Part shown: piece after piece, positions 1 to 6,985 of the stretch
Position numbering within the stretch: the stretch's first letter is position 1
How the letters are laid out: the number at the start of each line of letters is the position of its first letter
UHGV virus genome: UHGV-0137970
Reading direction: 5' to 3' (one strand)
DNA: 38,160 nucleotides
DNA from: a virus
Made by a program: the position numbers and the translations under genes
The notes under the pieces: model-generated
What the model was told of the DNA's origin: nothing
Database searches by the model: none
Seen by the model: the letters and a program-made list of their open reading frames with translations, nothing else

Positions 1-340
1 TCGATAGTGCCGCCGCCGCTTTGAAGTCTGTAAACTTTCCTACTTTTTCAGTATATCTACCTACTTTGTCAAAGTTTACTATCTTAGAATCTTCATACCC
101 TGCCGCTTGGTCGAATAGTTTTTCTAGCTTTGCAAGATGTCCGCTCTTGTCTCGCCCTAGCATGTATTGTACTGTTGCGAGGTTTTCATCTATATACTCT
201 GCTAGCTCTTTATCTAGTAAAAGCGACTGCATAGTCTTAATGTCAAAGTCAATTCCAGCGGCTTCAAGGGCTTCTCTTCCATTCTTGCAAATCATAAAAG
301 CATTAGCAAACATTTGCTTTTTCTTTTTACTTATCGCCAT
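1..340 (-). CDS. terS: terminase small subunit, N-terminal ~113 aa (gene continues past window start)
   Basis: Manual reverse-complement translation from ATG at 340..338 gives MAISKKKKQMFANAFMICKNGREALEAAGIDF..., matching the N-terminal HTH pattern of Terminase_2/P27-type small subunits (KQ..F...Y....N...A...AGY). RBS GGAGAAAGGGG upstream. Absent from the ORF track because it runs off the edge. Confidence 0.5.
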   Translation of the reverse strand, partial: MAISKKKKQMFANAFMICKNGREALEAAGIDFDIKTMQSLLLDKELAEYIDENLATVQYMLGRDKSGHLAKLEKLFDQAAGYEDSKIVNFDKVGRYTEKVGKFTDFKAAAALS

Positions 341-1329
341 TTTATCGCCCCTTTCTCCACTTTTACATCAACCTTGACTATCTTTTTTAATAACTTTGCC
401 AATCTCTCAAAGTTCTTTGAAAATGTTCTTTTTATCTCGCTTTTAGTCTCTGTTACTTTTAAAAGCTCTTTTATATTTTTCTTGTGATAACCTAGCGTAC
501 TACGTGAGATATTAAGATTCTCACAAGTAAGCACATCATCAAGAATATCAATATCAAAGATGTATTGAAGATTCATTAAAGTTACTTCCTGCAACTTCTT
601 ACTACCTGCGAGCTTGTATTCTTGCAAAAGCTTAGATCTATTAAATTCAAGCTCTTTATTGATTCCATCAAGAATTATCTCTCCCAACACACATTTTAAA
701 ACTCTTTCAAGTGCTAGTTTTTGAATATTTCCCACGATGTGCAAGTCATATTTTTTTAACATCGCACCCTTTAAAGTGAGTTCCCCACGGAGTGCCTGCC
801 TTTTGCCTTTAGCTTTTGCCGCCCCCTTGGTGTCTTCAATCTCTTTTCTCTTGCTATAAATCTTAAAATATGCGTTCGCCTCTCGCCTTTTCTTGCCTTG
901 CTCCCTGAAATCTAGCCCGTCAAGTTCTAACCTCTGCTCCTTATCTGTATCAAAGTACAAACGCCCGTTAGGGTTTATCTGTTTATATGCTCTATATATG
1001 AGATTAAGAACATTATAATAGTTTCTTATGTTCTCAACTTCAAGTTGATTAGATATGTCAAGTGCCAGAACTTCAAGGTCGTTACTGGTTAAGGCGAGAC
1101 CTGTTATACTTCTGAAAATCCTTGTTACTGCTGCATGAACGTCGTTGATTGTTCTTTGGCGTTCTGCTAGTTTGTAGTTGTCTTCATTCTCGTATCTGGA
1201 ATAACTAAAAGCTACACAGACACGGCAATTACTGCGGTATTCTGAAATTGAGATAAAGTTGATAAACTCATATTTATCTACATTGAAGTTTTTAAATACA
1301 AGTTTATTGTTTTCTACAGTTCCAGACAT
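331..1329 (-). CDS. hypothetical 332-aa protein immediately upstream of terS. Possible rolling-circle-type replication initiation factor or late regulator
   Basis: Long ORF overlapping the terS start by 10 nt. Segment AYFKIYSKRKEIE...LRGELTLKG loosely resembles the RiYdK...RiElE core that I recall from Rep_trans-family initiators. HTH-like segment near the C-terminus (ISRSTLGYHKKNIKELL). Assignment is weak. Confidence 0.45.
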   Translation of the reverse strand: MSGTVENNKLVFKNFNVDKYEFINFISISEYRSNCRVCVAFSYSRYENEDNYKLAERQRTINDVHAAVTRIFRSITGLALTSNDLEVLALDISNQLEVENIRNYYNVLNLIYRAYKQINPNGRLYFDTDKEQRLELDGLDFREQGKKRREANAYFKIYSKRKEIEDTKGAAKAKGKRQALRGELTLKGAMLKKYDLHIVGNIQKLALERVLKCVLGEIILDGINKELEFNRSKLLQEYKLAGSKKLQEVTLMNLQYIFDIDILDDVLTCENLNISRSTLGYHKKNIKELLKVTETKSEIKRTFSKNFERLAKLLKKIVKVDVKVEKGAIKWR

Positions 1330-1579
1330 TCCAGTTAATGCCCTCGCATTTTCTGCCGCCTGCGTGATATCTATGTCACGACTTGTATATATAAATGTGC
1401 CATTGTCAACGATTTTAAACCCTCCTTGTTTTTATCATTTACGTGTGTTTCCAATCAGTCACACAAGTTTTTAATTTATGTGACTAACAAGAAATACAGT
1501 TTTATATTTAGTTGTCTGAAAAATTGTTATAAAAAAACAAGGCTTATAAATTCCTTGTAGCTCTAGTTCTATTCAGTTG

Positions 1580-1800
1580 TAATTTATATATAAAATTCTA
1601 TTGACTTTTTGAAAGTAATGTTGTACCCTTATATATTTACTTGACAAGTGTTGTTTTTTGGAAATCTTGAAAATACTTTAAAAATAACAACTCTTGAAAA
1701 TATTTGTTTTAAATCCGTTGTAATTTTATTGTTTTTTTGACCCTCGAAAATCCGAAAATGTTTAGAATTTCAAGGTGCAAAAAAACATTTTTTATATTTG
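1580..1800 (+). promoter_or_regulatory. promoter-rich AT block with direct repeats (TCTTGAAAATA x2) and several TTGAC(T/A/C)-type -35 elements facing rightward
   Basis: TTGACTtttttgaaagtaatgttgtacccTTATAT; TTGACAagtgttg...; cTCTTGAAAATactttaaaaataacaacTCTTGAAAATatt; TTGACCctcgaaaatccgaaaatgtTTAGAAT. No ORF downstream before the hairpin cluster. Confidence 0.3.
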
Positions 1801-1809
1801 TTTTTATTG

Positions 1810-2165
1810 TTCCCCCAGCTGGGAGACTGGGGGAAATCCAATAAATTAAAACTAAAAGGGGGCAAGAAACCCACACGAACATATATTAACATTTACGTTA
1901 ATACCTAAAGTATTACACACATTAAAATATATTACTTAAAAGTAATACAAAATAATATATTGTATTATTAAATAATACTACTTAAAAATAGTATTATTGG
2001 GGTTTCCCCTCGTATGAGGGGAAAAAATATAATAAAATATTTTGGGTAGGAATCCCAGCAATGCTGGTGAAAAATTAATATAAATAACCTAGGAGAGATT
2101 ATTTTATATATAATAATGCCGCTTGGGCGTTATTATCTCCCTCTTTATTGGCGTAAAGAGGGTGC
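1810..2165 (+). other. cluster of five distinct GC-stem hairpins separated by AT-rich spacers. Candidate structured ncRNA or single-strand origin
   Basis: Stems read directly: CCCCCAG/CTGGGGG (1812-1833), CCCCTC/GAGGGG (2005-2020), CCCAGCA/TGCTGG (2054-2067), ATAATGCC/GGCGTTAT (2113-2132), CCCTCTTTA/TAAAGAGGG (2139-2162). AT-rich palindromes lie between them (TATTACTTaaAAGTAATA, GTATTATTaaATAATAC). No ORF of 60 codons or more on either strand. Confidence 0.45.
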
Positions 2166-2185
2166 AAAATTTTAAAAAAATTAAA

Positions 2186-2219
2186 AGTATTATAATAAAC
2201 GCTATATTAGCGTTATTAT
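2186..2219 (-). terminator. rho-independent terminator of the HTH gene (13-bp stem ATAATAAACGCTA/TAGCGTTATTAT). May act bidirectionally
   Basis: Perfect or near-perfect stem overlapping the stop codon, followed on the minus strand by a U-rich tract. Confidence 0.5.
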
Positions 2220-2467
2220 TTAATTAAATCTTTTAGCTCCATATCCAAAGCTGACATGATCCTAAAAAGTGTATCAGTCATAACACCTTTTCCATCTGCT
2301 AGGCGTTTGAGTTGTTCGGATAGTGTCGAATTAGCTATCCCTATTTTTTCGGCTAATTTATATTTAGTTATTTCTTTTTGCTCTATCTTTTTCATTATGC
2401 TTTTGTGTAATCTTTTGTTATTGCTTTTTATACATTTTTTCATACTAAAAATATCATTATTTATCAT
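2216..2467 (-). CDS. small XRE/Cro-type helix-turn-helix DNA-binding protein
   Basis: KEITKYKLAEKIGIANSTLSEQLKR is a classic HTH_XRE signature. The real start is probably the internal Met (MKKIEQKE...). Confidence 0.55.
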   Translation of the reverse strand: MINNDIFSMKKCIKSNNKRLHKSIMKKIEQKEITKYKLAEKIGIANSTLSEQLKRLADGKGVMTDTLFRIMSALDMELKDLIK

Positions 2468-2610
2468 TATAGAACCCCTTTTAATTCGTTTTTAACCGTT
2501 TAATTCAATTTCAACCGTATCTTAAATCAATTAATACCATTTTTTTTATTTTATTTCAACCTTTATTTTTTTATGTCTATAAATGATAGTTATTTTTATT
2601 AGAATTAGAC

Positions 2611-2642
2611 AACAAAAAAAGAGGATAAAAAATTTATCCTCT
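2611..2642 (-). terminator. rho-independent terminator closing the three-gene moron operon
   Basis: AGAGGATAAA-aaa-TTTATCCTCT 10-bp stem, followed on the minus strand by a TTTTTTGTT run. Confidence 0.6.
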
Positions 2643-2667
2643 GCAAGTTGAAAAGTGCTATAAAATA

Positions 2668-2919
2668 TTATCTTTCCCAATGGCTGAAAAGTCCTTTTGT
2701 ATCTCCGTACCCTGTTGGCGTCCACAATACCTGTTCTATTCTTGTAGCTCTCCATTTTTCACCGTCTAAATACCACGAACGTTGGTATTTGGATGTGTAA
2801 TATTCATTGTTAGCCCCTTTAAAATCAGGGTTTAAATCTTTATATACAACTGTAAAAGAACCGTCTTCGTTTTTCCAGCAGTTTTGCTCTGCTTTTCTTA
2901 TCCCTCTAATTTTTTTCAT
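2668..2919 (-). CDS. hypothetical 83-aa Trp/Tyr-rich protein (third gene of the moron; candidate toxin or effector)
   Basis: Starts 3 nt after the stop of the AbrB-fold gene, with RBS GGAGAGGGGGA inside the upstream gene's end. No recognisable family. Confidence 0.45.
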   Translation of the reverse strand: MKKIRGIRKAEQNCWKNEDGSFTVVYKDLNPDFKGANNEYYTSKYQRSWYLDGEKWRATRIEQVLWTPTGYGDTKGLFSHWER

Positions 2920-2921
2920 TT

Positions 2922-3146
2922 TTAAATTTCCCCCTCTCCTGGAGCTTTCTCCAGAATTATTTTATTTTTTTTCTTAGTGAGTTTGACATCTCTATCCTCT
3001 GTGGTTATTCCCAAATCTTGTAACCACTGGAAAGGAACGGACACCTTTGTGGTGGTGTCTCCCTTTCCTGATATATTAAACAAGACTTTATTTATTTTAC
3101 TTGTTTCTTTTTTAGGCATTTTGTAGCCCTGCTTTTTTCCATTCAT
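2922..3146 (-). CDS. AbrB/MazE/SpoVT-type swapped-hairpin DNA-binding protein (antitoxin-like or transition-state-regulator-like)
   Basis: TKVSVPFQWLQDLGITTEDRDVKLTKKKNKIILEKA matches the SpoVT_AbrB looped-hinge pattern (ltiPkeireelgi..gd.v.....g.iil.k). Likely starts at Met10 (ATG at 3119), where AATGCCTAA gives a stop/start overlap with the upstream gene. Confidence 0.5.
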   Translation of the reverse strand: MNGKKQGYKMPKKETSKINKVLFNISGKGDTTTKVSVPFQWLQDLGITTEDRDVKLTKKKNKIILEKAPGEGEI

Positions 3147-3345
3147 TACGTTCGTTTTCTTCTTCGATGTACCCTTTTACATCTGAAAGATTTCTAAACC
3201 ATAAGTTTTCCCCGCAATTGTCGGAAATAAAATTCCCTGTTGCTACTTCTTGAACTTCATACCCTCCACGTCTTTTAACTAACCATACTCCATAACCTAA
3301 ACAATCCCCTAGTCTTTCCGCCATCTTATCAACTTTTACACCCAT
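3112..3345 (-). CDS. hypothetical 77-aa protein (first gene of the moron)
   Basis: ORF preceded by a strong RBS (AGGAGGATTAAAAAATG). Translationally coupled to the AbrB-fold gene. Confidence 0.45.
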   Translation of the reverse strand: MGVKVDKMAERLGDCLGYGVWLVKRRGGYEVQEVATGNFISDNCGENLWFRNLSDVKGYIEEENERNEWKKAGLQNA

Positions 3346-3461
3346 TTTTTAATCCTCCTAGTTTTTATTTGGTAGTTTGCAGTTGTCCACCACAACTGGT
3401 ATTATATTTTTGTTTCCCTCGCCTGTACTGTTTCCCGTTCCGTGTTCCTTTTGTTGTCTTA

Positions 3462-3490
3462 AGTATATACCCGTTACGATTTTTTGTCAA
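3462..3490 (-). promoter_or_regulatory. sigma70-like promoter of the moron operon (TTGACA-17-TATACT), followed by a leader with the palindrome CAGTTGTccaccACAACTG
   Basis: Minus-strand read: TTGACAaaaaatcgtaacgggtaTATACT. Palindrome at 3382-3401 sits just upstream of the RBS and is a possible operator. Confidence 0.5.
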
Positions 3491-3521
3491 CACTTTTTTT
3501 AAAATATTTTTTAGATAATAG

Positions 3522-3546
3522 AAAACCCTTGAATTAACAAGGGTTT
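3522..3546 (-). terminator. terminator after the membrane-protein gene (AAAACCCTTG-aattaa-CAAGGGTTT)
   Basis: 9-bp perfect stem immediately 3' of the stop at 3550, followed by a U-rich tract on the minus strand. Confidence 0.55.
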
Positions 3547-3549
3547 AAA

Positions 3550-3984
3550 CTACATGACGAAATTTATTATTAAACAAACGAAAGGGATTATATAATATAA
3601 TTTAAGTAGTGTAATTGGGAAAGCTAACGAATTAAAAATTCTGTTTTCATTTTCAATTTTTGCAAACAAATTAAAAGTTAAATATAACATAGTTACTATT
3701 TGAGTTAATATAAAAGCTGTTATACTAATTGTTATTTGTTGCACTAAAAAACCTTTAACAAATCCTTGATATTTTAAAAATTTTAATGTTGTTCTAAAAA
3801 AATCTATACCTCTTAAAATAATAATTATAGTTATAAAACTTGTTATCAATATTAAAAAGATTTTTTCTATAATACAACTACTATTTTTAAAAACACTTTT
3901 AAGCCCTTTAACTATTAATCCAGCTATAAAAAATATAAAAAATATTACTATTACTAACAAAATTATATTTATAAATAACTTCAT
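3550..3984 (-). CDS. integral membrane protein (~4 TM helices, no His) directly downstream of the repressor. Candidate superinfection-exclusion or immunity protein
   Basis: Strongly hydrophobic segments (IILLVIVIFFIFFIAGLIV, ILITSFITIIIIL, ISITAFILTQIVTMLYL, YYIIPFVCLIINFV). Position after a CI-like repressor is typical of sie/ltp genes. Lacks the CPBP/Abi motifs. Confidence 0.5.
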   Translation of the reverse strand: MKLFINIILLVIVIFFIFFIAGLIVKGLKSVFKNSSCIIEKIFLILITSFITIIIILRGIDFFRTTLKFLKYQGFVKGFLVQQITISITAFILTQIVTMLYLTFNLFAKIENENRIFNSLAFPITLLKLYYIIPFVCLIINFVM

Positions 3985-3997
3985 TTTCTCCCTCTCC

Positions 3998-4312
3998 TTA
4001 CAGTTCTTTTATAGCTGATAATATTTTTTTTAATTTTTTGTTTTCTTTATCTAGTTTTTCAAAGTATGCCGCCGCCTTTGGTTCTGCTCTGTCCATGCTC
4101 CAAGCTTTCCACACTTCCAATTCTTCATCTTTTGTTAAATTTAAAAATTCAATAATGTTTTTTATAGTTGTTTCTTTTCCTATGAACCTTTTGTTTAAAA
4201 TGTCTGATAATGTCCCTGTTGATATTTCCGCAGCCTCTGCGATTTCTTTTTGCTTGAATCCTTTTTCTTGAATGATCTCTTTCAATATTTTTCCAGTTCT
4301 CATTTTTTTCAC
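3998..4312 (-). CDS. CI-like repressor (XRE-family HTH, 104 aa)
   Basis: KQKEIAEAAEISTGTLSDILNKRF is an HTH_XRE signature. Divergently oriented to the early operon, sharing a short AT-rich control region. Confidence 0.6.
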   Translation of the reverse strand: MKKMRTGKILKEIIQEKGFKQKEIAEAAEISTGTLSDILNKRFIGKETTIKNIIEFLNLTKDEELEVWKAWSMDRAEPKAAAYFEKLDKENKKLKKILSAIKEL

Positions 4313-4419
4313 CTCTTTTTTTAATTTTTTTAAAAAATTTTTAACCTTTTATTAACCCCATTTTATCACTATTTGAGTGCAAATAAAAGAACTTTTTTTC
4401 GGTTTCAATAAAATTTTTT

Positions 4420-4449
4420 CTTGACATATTCGGTTAAACCCGTTATACT
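4420..4449 (+). promoter_or_regulatory. early rightward sigma70-like promoter (TTGACA-18-TATACT) with shared motif ACCCGTTA
   Basis: TTGACAtattcggttaaacccgtTATACT. The octamer ACCCGTTA also occurs, inverted, inside the moron promoter (3468-3475), suggesting a common operator half-site. Confidence 0.5.
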
Positions 4450-4545
4450 TGAACCAAGAAAACCAAATAAACAACCAAACAACAAAAAAAATTTAAATTA
4501 AAAGTTCGGTTGTAACCAACACTTTAAAACTTAGGAGGATTAAAA

Positions 4546-4767
4546 ATGGAAAATTTAAAAGAAATGTGGGGAAATGGATTAAGAGAAGTATTTTATAGCC
4601 TTGGAGGTACAGCAATATTTTTAATATGTGCTTACTTATACGCAACAGCTCCAATAGTTGACGAGTTTGCCATATCAATGTCTTTGCTATTAGCATTTTG
4701 TTGCTTTACTGTAACACTTGCAGAAGTGATATTCGCAACAGTTAAAAAAATTAAAAATAGAAAATAA
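4546..4767 (+). CDS. small membrane protein (73 aa, 2 TM)
   Basis: Excellent RBS (AGGAGGATTAAAAATG). Hydrophobic stretches. Confidence 0.45.
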   Translation: MENLKEMWGNGLREVFYSLGGTAIFLICAYLYATAPIVDEFAISMSLLLAFCCFTVTLAEVIFATVKKIKNRK

Positions 4768-4781
4768 TTGGAGGGGTAAAA

Positions 4782-5021
4782 ATGACAATTAACAAGAATG
4801 AAATCATGGAACAACTTTTAAAAAATCCTAGTTGTACATTAAAAATTAATGAAGAGTACGGAGCGATTATTTTTAGATACTACAGCATTTATTCAGATAA
4901 AAAAGAGTATAAGCTAGTGGTTCATAAAAACTTTGGAAAATTTGAAAATGTTTTAGTGACAAAATATGTCCAAAACATCGAAAAAATATTCACAATTTTA
5001 GAAACTGTAGATTTTAATTAA
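4782..5021 (+). CDS. hypothetical early protein (79 aa)
   Basis: RBS GGAGGGGTAAAAATG. Contiguous with the early operon. Confidence 0.4.
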   Translation: MTINKNEIMEQLLKNPSCTLKINEEYGAIIFRYYSIYSDKKEYKLVVHKNFGKFENVLVTKYVQNIEKIFTILETVDFN

Positions 5022-5023
5022 TT

Positions 5024-5075
5024 TTTTATGGTTGCTCTTGAATGGTCGAGAGCTTCCACAAAAAATTAAAAAAGA
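5024..5075 (+). promoter_or_regulatory. intergenic hairpin element E1 (GCTCTTGAatggTCGAGAGC) with conserved tail TTCCACAAAAAATTAAA. Near-identical copy at 6141-6190
   Basis: ~50-nt element repeated at 6141-6190 (CTCGAACGTTCGAG palindrome there). Contains the half-site TCGAGAGCT of the 18-bp palindrome family. Confidence 0.45.
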
Positions 5076-5085
5076 GGGTGAGGAT

Positions 5086-5529
5086 ATGAAATATTTTAAC
5101 AGTTCAGAGGATTTGAAGAAACAATATCGGGCTTGGTGTAAAAAATTACACCCTGACCATGGGGGAGACCCTGAGGCATTCCGTGAGATGATGGAGGAGT
5201 ACCAAGAACTACAACTCCACGGATTCAAACAGGAAGCAAGAAACCAGGAAACAGAACTAACCGCAGAACTAGAAAGAGCCTTGAAGAAAATAGTTACCCT
5301 TGAGGGGCTAGAAATAGATTTAGTAGGTTCATGGCTTTGGGTATCTGGTGAAACATTCAACTTTAGAGAAATATTGAAAGAAGCAGGTTTCAAGTGGGCT
5401 TCTAAAAGAAAAAAATGGTATTTCTCAGAGGAGAAAGCCAAGGGAAAATTTAAAGGTGACTTTGAGCAACTCAAAGCACACCACGGATTCAAGGAAATAA
5501 AAGGGAAAACAGTTGAAAAAATAGCATAG
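5086..5529 (+). CDS. J-domain (DnaJ-like) co-chaperone protein, 147 aa
   Basis: KKQYRAWCKKLHPDHGGDPEAFREMMEEYQEL carries the invariant HPD tripeptide and flanking J-domain helices. Start placed at the Met following RBS GAGGGTGAGGATATG rather than the ORF-track start inside the hairpin element. Confidence 0.65.
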   Translation: MKYFNSSEDLKKQYRAWCKKLHPDHGGDPEAFREMMEEYQELQLHGFKQEARNQETELTAELERALKKIVTLEGLEIDLVGSWLWVSGETFNFREILKEAGFKWASKRKKWYFSEEKAKGKFKGDFEQLKAHHGFKEIKGKTVEKIA

Positions 5530-5540
5530 GAGGTTTAAAG

Positions 5541-5864
5541 ATGAGAAGAAACGGAAGCTTGTTTCATGTGATTTATAACAACGGTTACGAGGCACACGAC
5601 CACAACTTAATAAATATTTCTTTTAACGGAGGTTGGAAGGAATTTTCACTGATTGTTAAGGGTAAATGTGTAAGTCGTGAGGTTTTAAAACTTGAACAAG
5701 ATAGAGTTGTAGCAAGTTTTAAATTCAATGAAAAGAAAACAAATGATTTTGATACATTTATTGCAACTAATAGCGAAAACAACAATGTAACTTATATGAA
5801 TTTTAGCATGATGGAAAGTTTAATAAAACTTTTAATGTTAAGCGGTTACGAAGTAATAGTGTAA
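5541..5864 (+). CDS. hypothetical early protein (107 aa)
   Basis: RBS AGGAGGTTTAAAGATG. Confidence 0.4.
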   Translation: MRRNGSLFHVIYNNGYEAHDHNLINISFNGGWKEFSLIVKGKCVSREVLKLEQDRVVASFKFNEKKTNDFDTFIATNSENNNVTYMNFSMMESLIKLLMLSGYEVIV

Positions 5865-5875
5865 GGGGGTAAAAA

Positions 5876-6001
5876 ATGAGATTATCGGAGTTAAAAGCAA
5901 TAACAAAAAGAATGAGAGAAATTGGACTTTCTCCAGAAACAACAACAGTCAATGACATCTGGGGAATAGTAAGAAAATTTAGAGGGGGTCAAATATGTTA
6001 A
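5876..6001 (+). CDS. possible small ORF (41 aa)
   Basis: RBS AAGGGGGTAAAAAATG. Below the ORF-track length cut-off. Confidence 0.25.
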   Translation: MRLSELKAITKRMREIGLSPETTTVNDIWGIVRKFRGGQIC

Positions 6002-6141
6002 GAAAAATAATTTTAAAAATGTTTTGGGTGGTTGAAGATTCTTTATACTACTTTGGATTTAAAAAAGCAGGTGACAAAATAGAGAGCTTGGAAGATTGGA
6101 CATACTCAAAATTATATCAATACAAATGGTTCAGAGCTTAA
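5995..6141 (+). CDS. possible small ORF (48 aa) overlapping the stop of the previous one
   Basis: RBS AGAGGGGGTCAAATATG. Hydrophobic/aromatic-rich. Confidence 0.25.
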   Translation: MLRKIILKMFWVVEDSLYYFGFKKAGDKIESLEDWTYSKLYQYKWFRA

Positions 6142-6190
6142 TTTTTTATGGTTGCCCTCGAACGTTCGAGAGCTTCCACAAAAAATTAAA
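6141..6190 (+). promoter_or_regulatory. intergenic hairpin element E2 (copy of E1)
   Basis: ttttttatggttgcCCTCGAACGTTCGAGAGCttccacaaaaaattaaa, compared with E1. Confidence 0.45.
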
Positions 6191-6202
6191 GAGGTGGTAA
6201 AT

Positions 6203-6403
6203 ATGACAATAGAAACTTTATTAAAAAAAGCTTTAACTCTTGCAAGTGATTGCGGAGTAGCTGAAAGGGTTAATGTATATTCTTGTGATGATACAGTTTG
6301 TATCAACTTTTCAGACTGGGAATATACAGGGGATAGCCTAGAAGATATTCTTTTAGAAGCTATACACGACCTTGAGGCGTTAAATAAAGAATTGGAGGAT
6401 TAG
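6203..6403 (+). CDS. hypothetical acidic early protein (66 aa)
   Basis: RBS AGAGGTGGTAAATATG. ORF-track start at 6152 lies inside the E2 hairpin. Confidence 0.4.
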   Translation: MTIETLLKKALTLASDCGVAERVNVYSCDDTVCINFSDWEYTGDSLEDILLEAIHDLEALNKELED

Positions 6404-6404
6404 G

Positions 6405-6668
6405 ATGTTAGATAAAATGTTAAAAGGATTAGGAAAAATCCAAGAAATATTAAAAGAAAACAATTTCGATACTGTTGTTTGCGATGATCATGTAACAATA
6501 GAGATCACCAAAGATGGAAAAATAGAAATTGATACACCTGTAAGAAGTTACAGAGCCGAGACACTAGAAAAAGCAATTTCGAGAGCTCTCGAAAATTTAC
6601 AATACGATATTGATGAGGGCGTTAATTACTCTAAAGAATTAGAAGAAACTTATAAAAGGAGTTGGTAG
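6405..6668 (+). CDS. hypothetical early protein (87 aa). Contains palindrome site A in its coding sequence
   Basis: RBS GGAGGATTAGGATG. Confidence 0.4.
   Translation: MLDKMLKGLGKIQEILKENNFDTVVCDDHVTIEITKDGKIEIDTPVRSYRAETLEKAISRALENLQYDIDEGVNYSKELEETYKRSW
6577..6594. repeat. 18-bp perfect palindrome TTTCGAGAGCTCTCGAAA (site A)
   Basis: Exact copies at 11231-11248 and 19974-19991. Lies inside a coding sequence, encoding ISRALENL. Confidence 0.8.
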
Positions 6669-6732
6669 GCGTGGCATGGATAAAAAAACTATTGGGTATA
6701 AAAATAAAGTTTTATAAGTTGGAGGGTGGAGC

Positions 6733-6924
6733 ATGGAAAAAGAATTAATAAAAGCTTTGGAGAAGCTAGAAATTTTAAAAAGAGATAACAAGATAAAAGA
6801 TTTTGAAATGTCAATTTATACTAGCAAGAGTGGAGAAATAAAACACAGTTTCAGTTTAAAAAAAGATGATAAGTTTGAAGTATTTTTCAAAGTAGAAAAA
6901 CTTTTAAACTTCCAAGGCTTTTAG
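6733..6924 (+). CDS. hypothetical early protein (63 aa)
   Basis: RBS GGAGGGTGGAGCATG. Confidence 0.35.
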   Translation: MEKELIKALEKLEILKRDNKIKDFEMSIYTSKSGEIKHSFSLKKDDKFEVFFKVEKLLNFQGF

Positions 6925-6975
6925 TTTTGATAGCAGGGCTGGACACTTCCAGCCCCACTATAAAAATTAAAATGG
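6921..6975 (+). promoter_or_regulatory. intergenic hairpin element E3 (TTTTAGTTTTGATA + GGGCTGGacacttCCAGCCCC + TATAAAAATTAAAA)
   Basis: Same framing sequences as E4 around a different GC stem. Confidence 0.4.
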
Positions 6976-6985
6976 AGGTAGAGAA

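Noticed and set aside
21-377. Plus-strand ORF 21-377 (118 aa)
   Set aside because: Antisense to the much better supported terS N-terminus. No RBS.
1405-1432. Strong RBS AAGGAGGG in frame with the 331-1329 ORF, followed by out-of-frame TTG/ATG giving a 12-aa peptide: considered programmed frameshift or leader peptide
   Set aside because: No slippery site or supporting structure seen. The more economical explanation is a vestigial or regulatory RBS. Noted only as a curiosity under the 331-1329 finding.
1259-1474. Plus-strand ORF 1259-1474 and others (2256-2495, 2546-2755, 4038-4271, 4493-4814, 4998-5492, 5585-5785, 6112-6306, 10148-10339, 11837-12049, 12631-12843, 13555-13830, 13972-14175, 15896-16168, 26839-27272, 28322-29437, 29524-30064, 30949-31179, 31518-31769, 32813-33179, 34681-34980, 35766-35960, 36412-36651, 37437-37850)
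   Set aside because: All overlap stronger genes on the opposite strand or lie across regulatory hairpins. No RBS. Compositionally biased translations.
1810-2165. Considered a CRISPR array or tandem ToxI-like repeat because of the regular hairpins
   Set aside because: The hairpins have unrelated sequences and there is no repeat-spacer periodicity, so it is not a CRISPR or type III antitoxin array.
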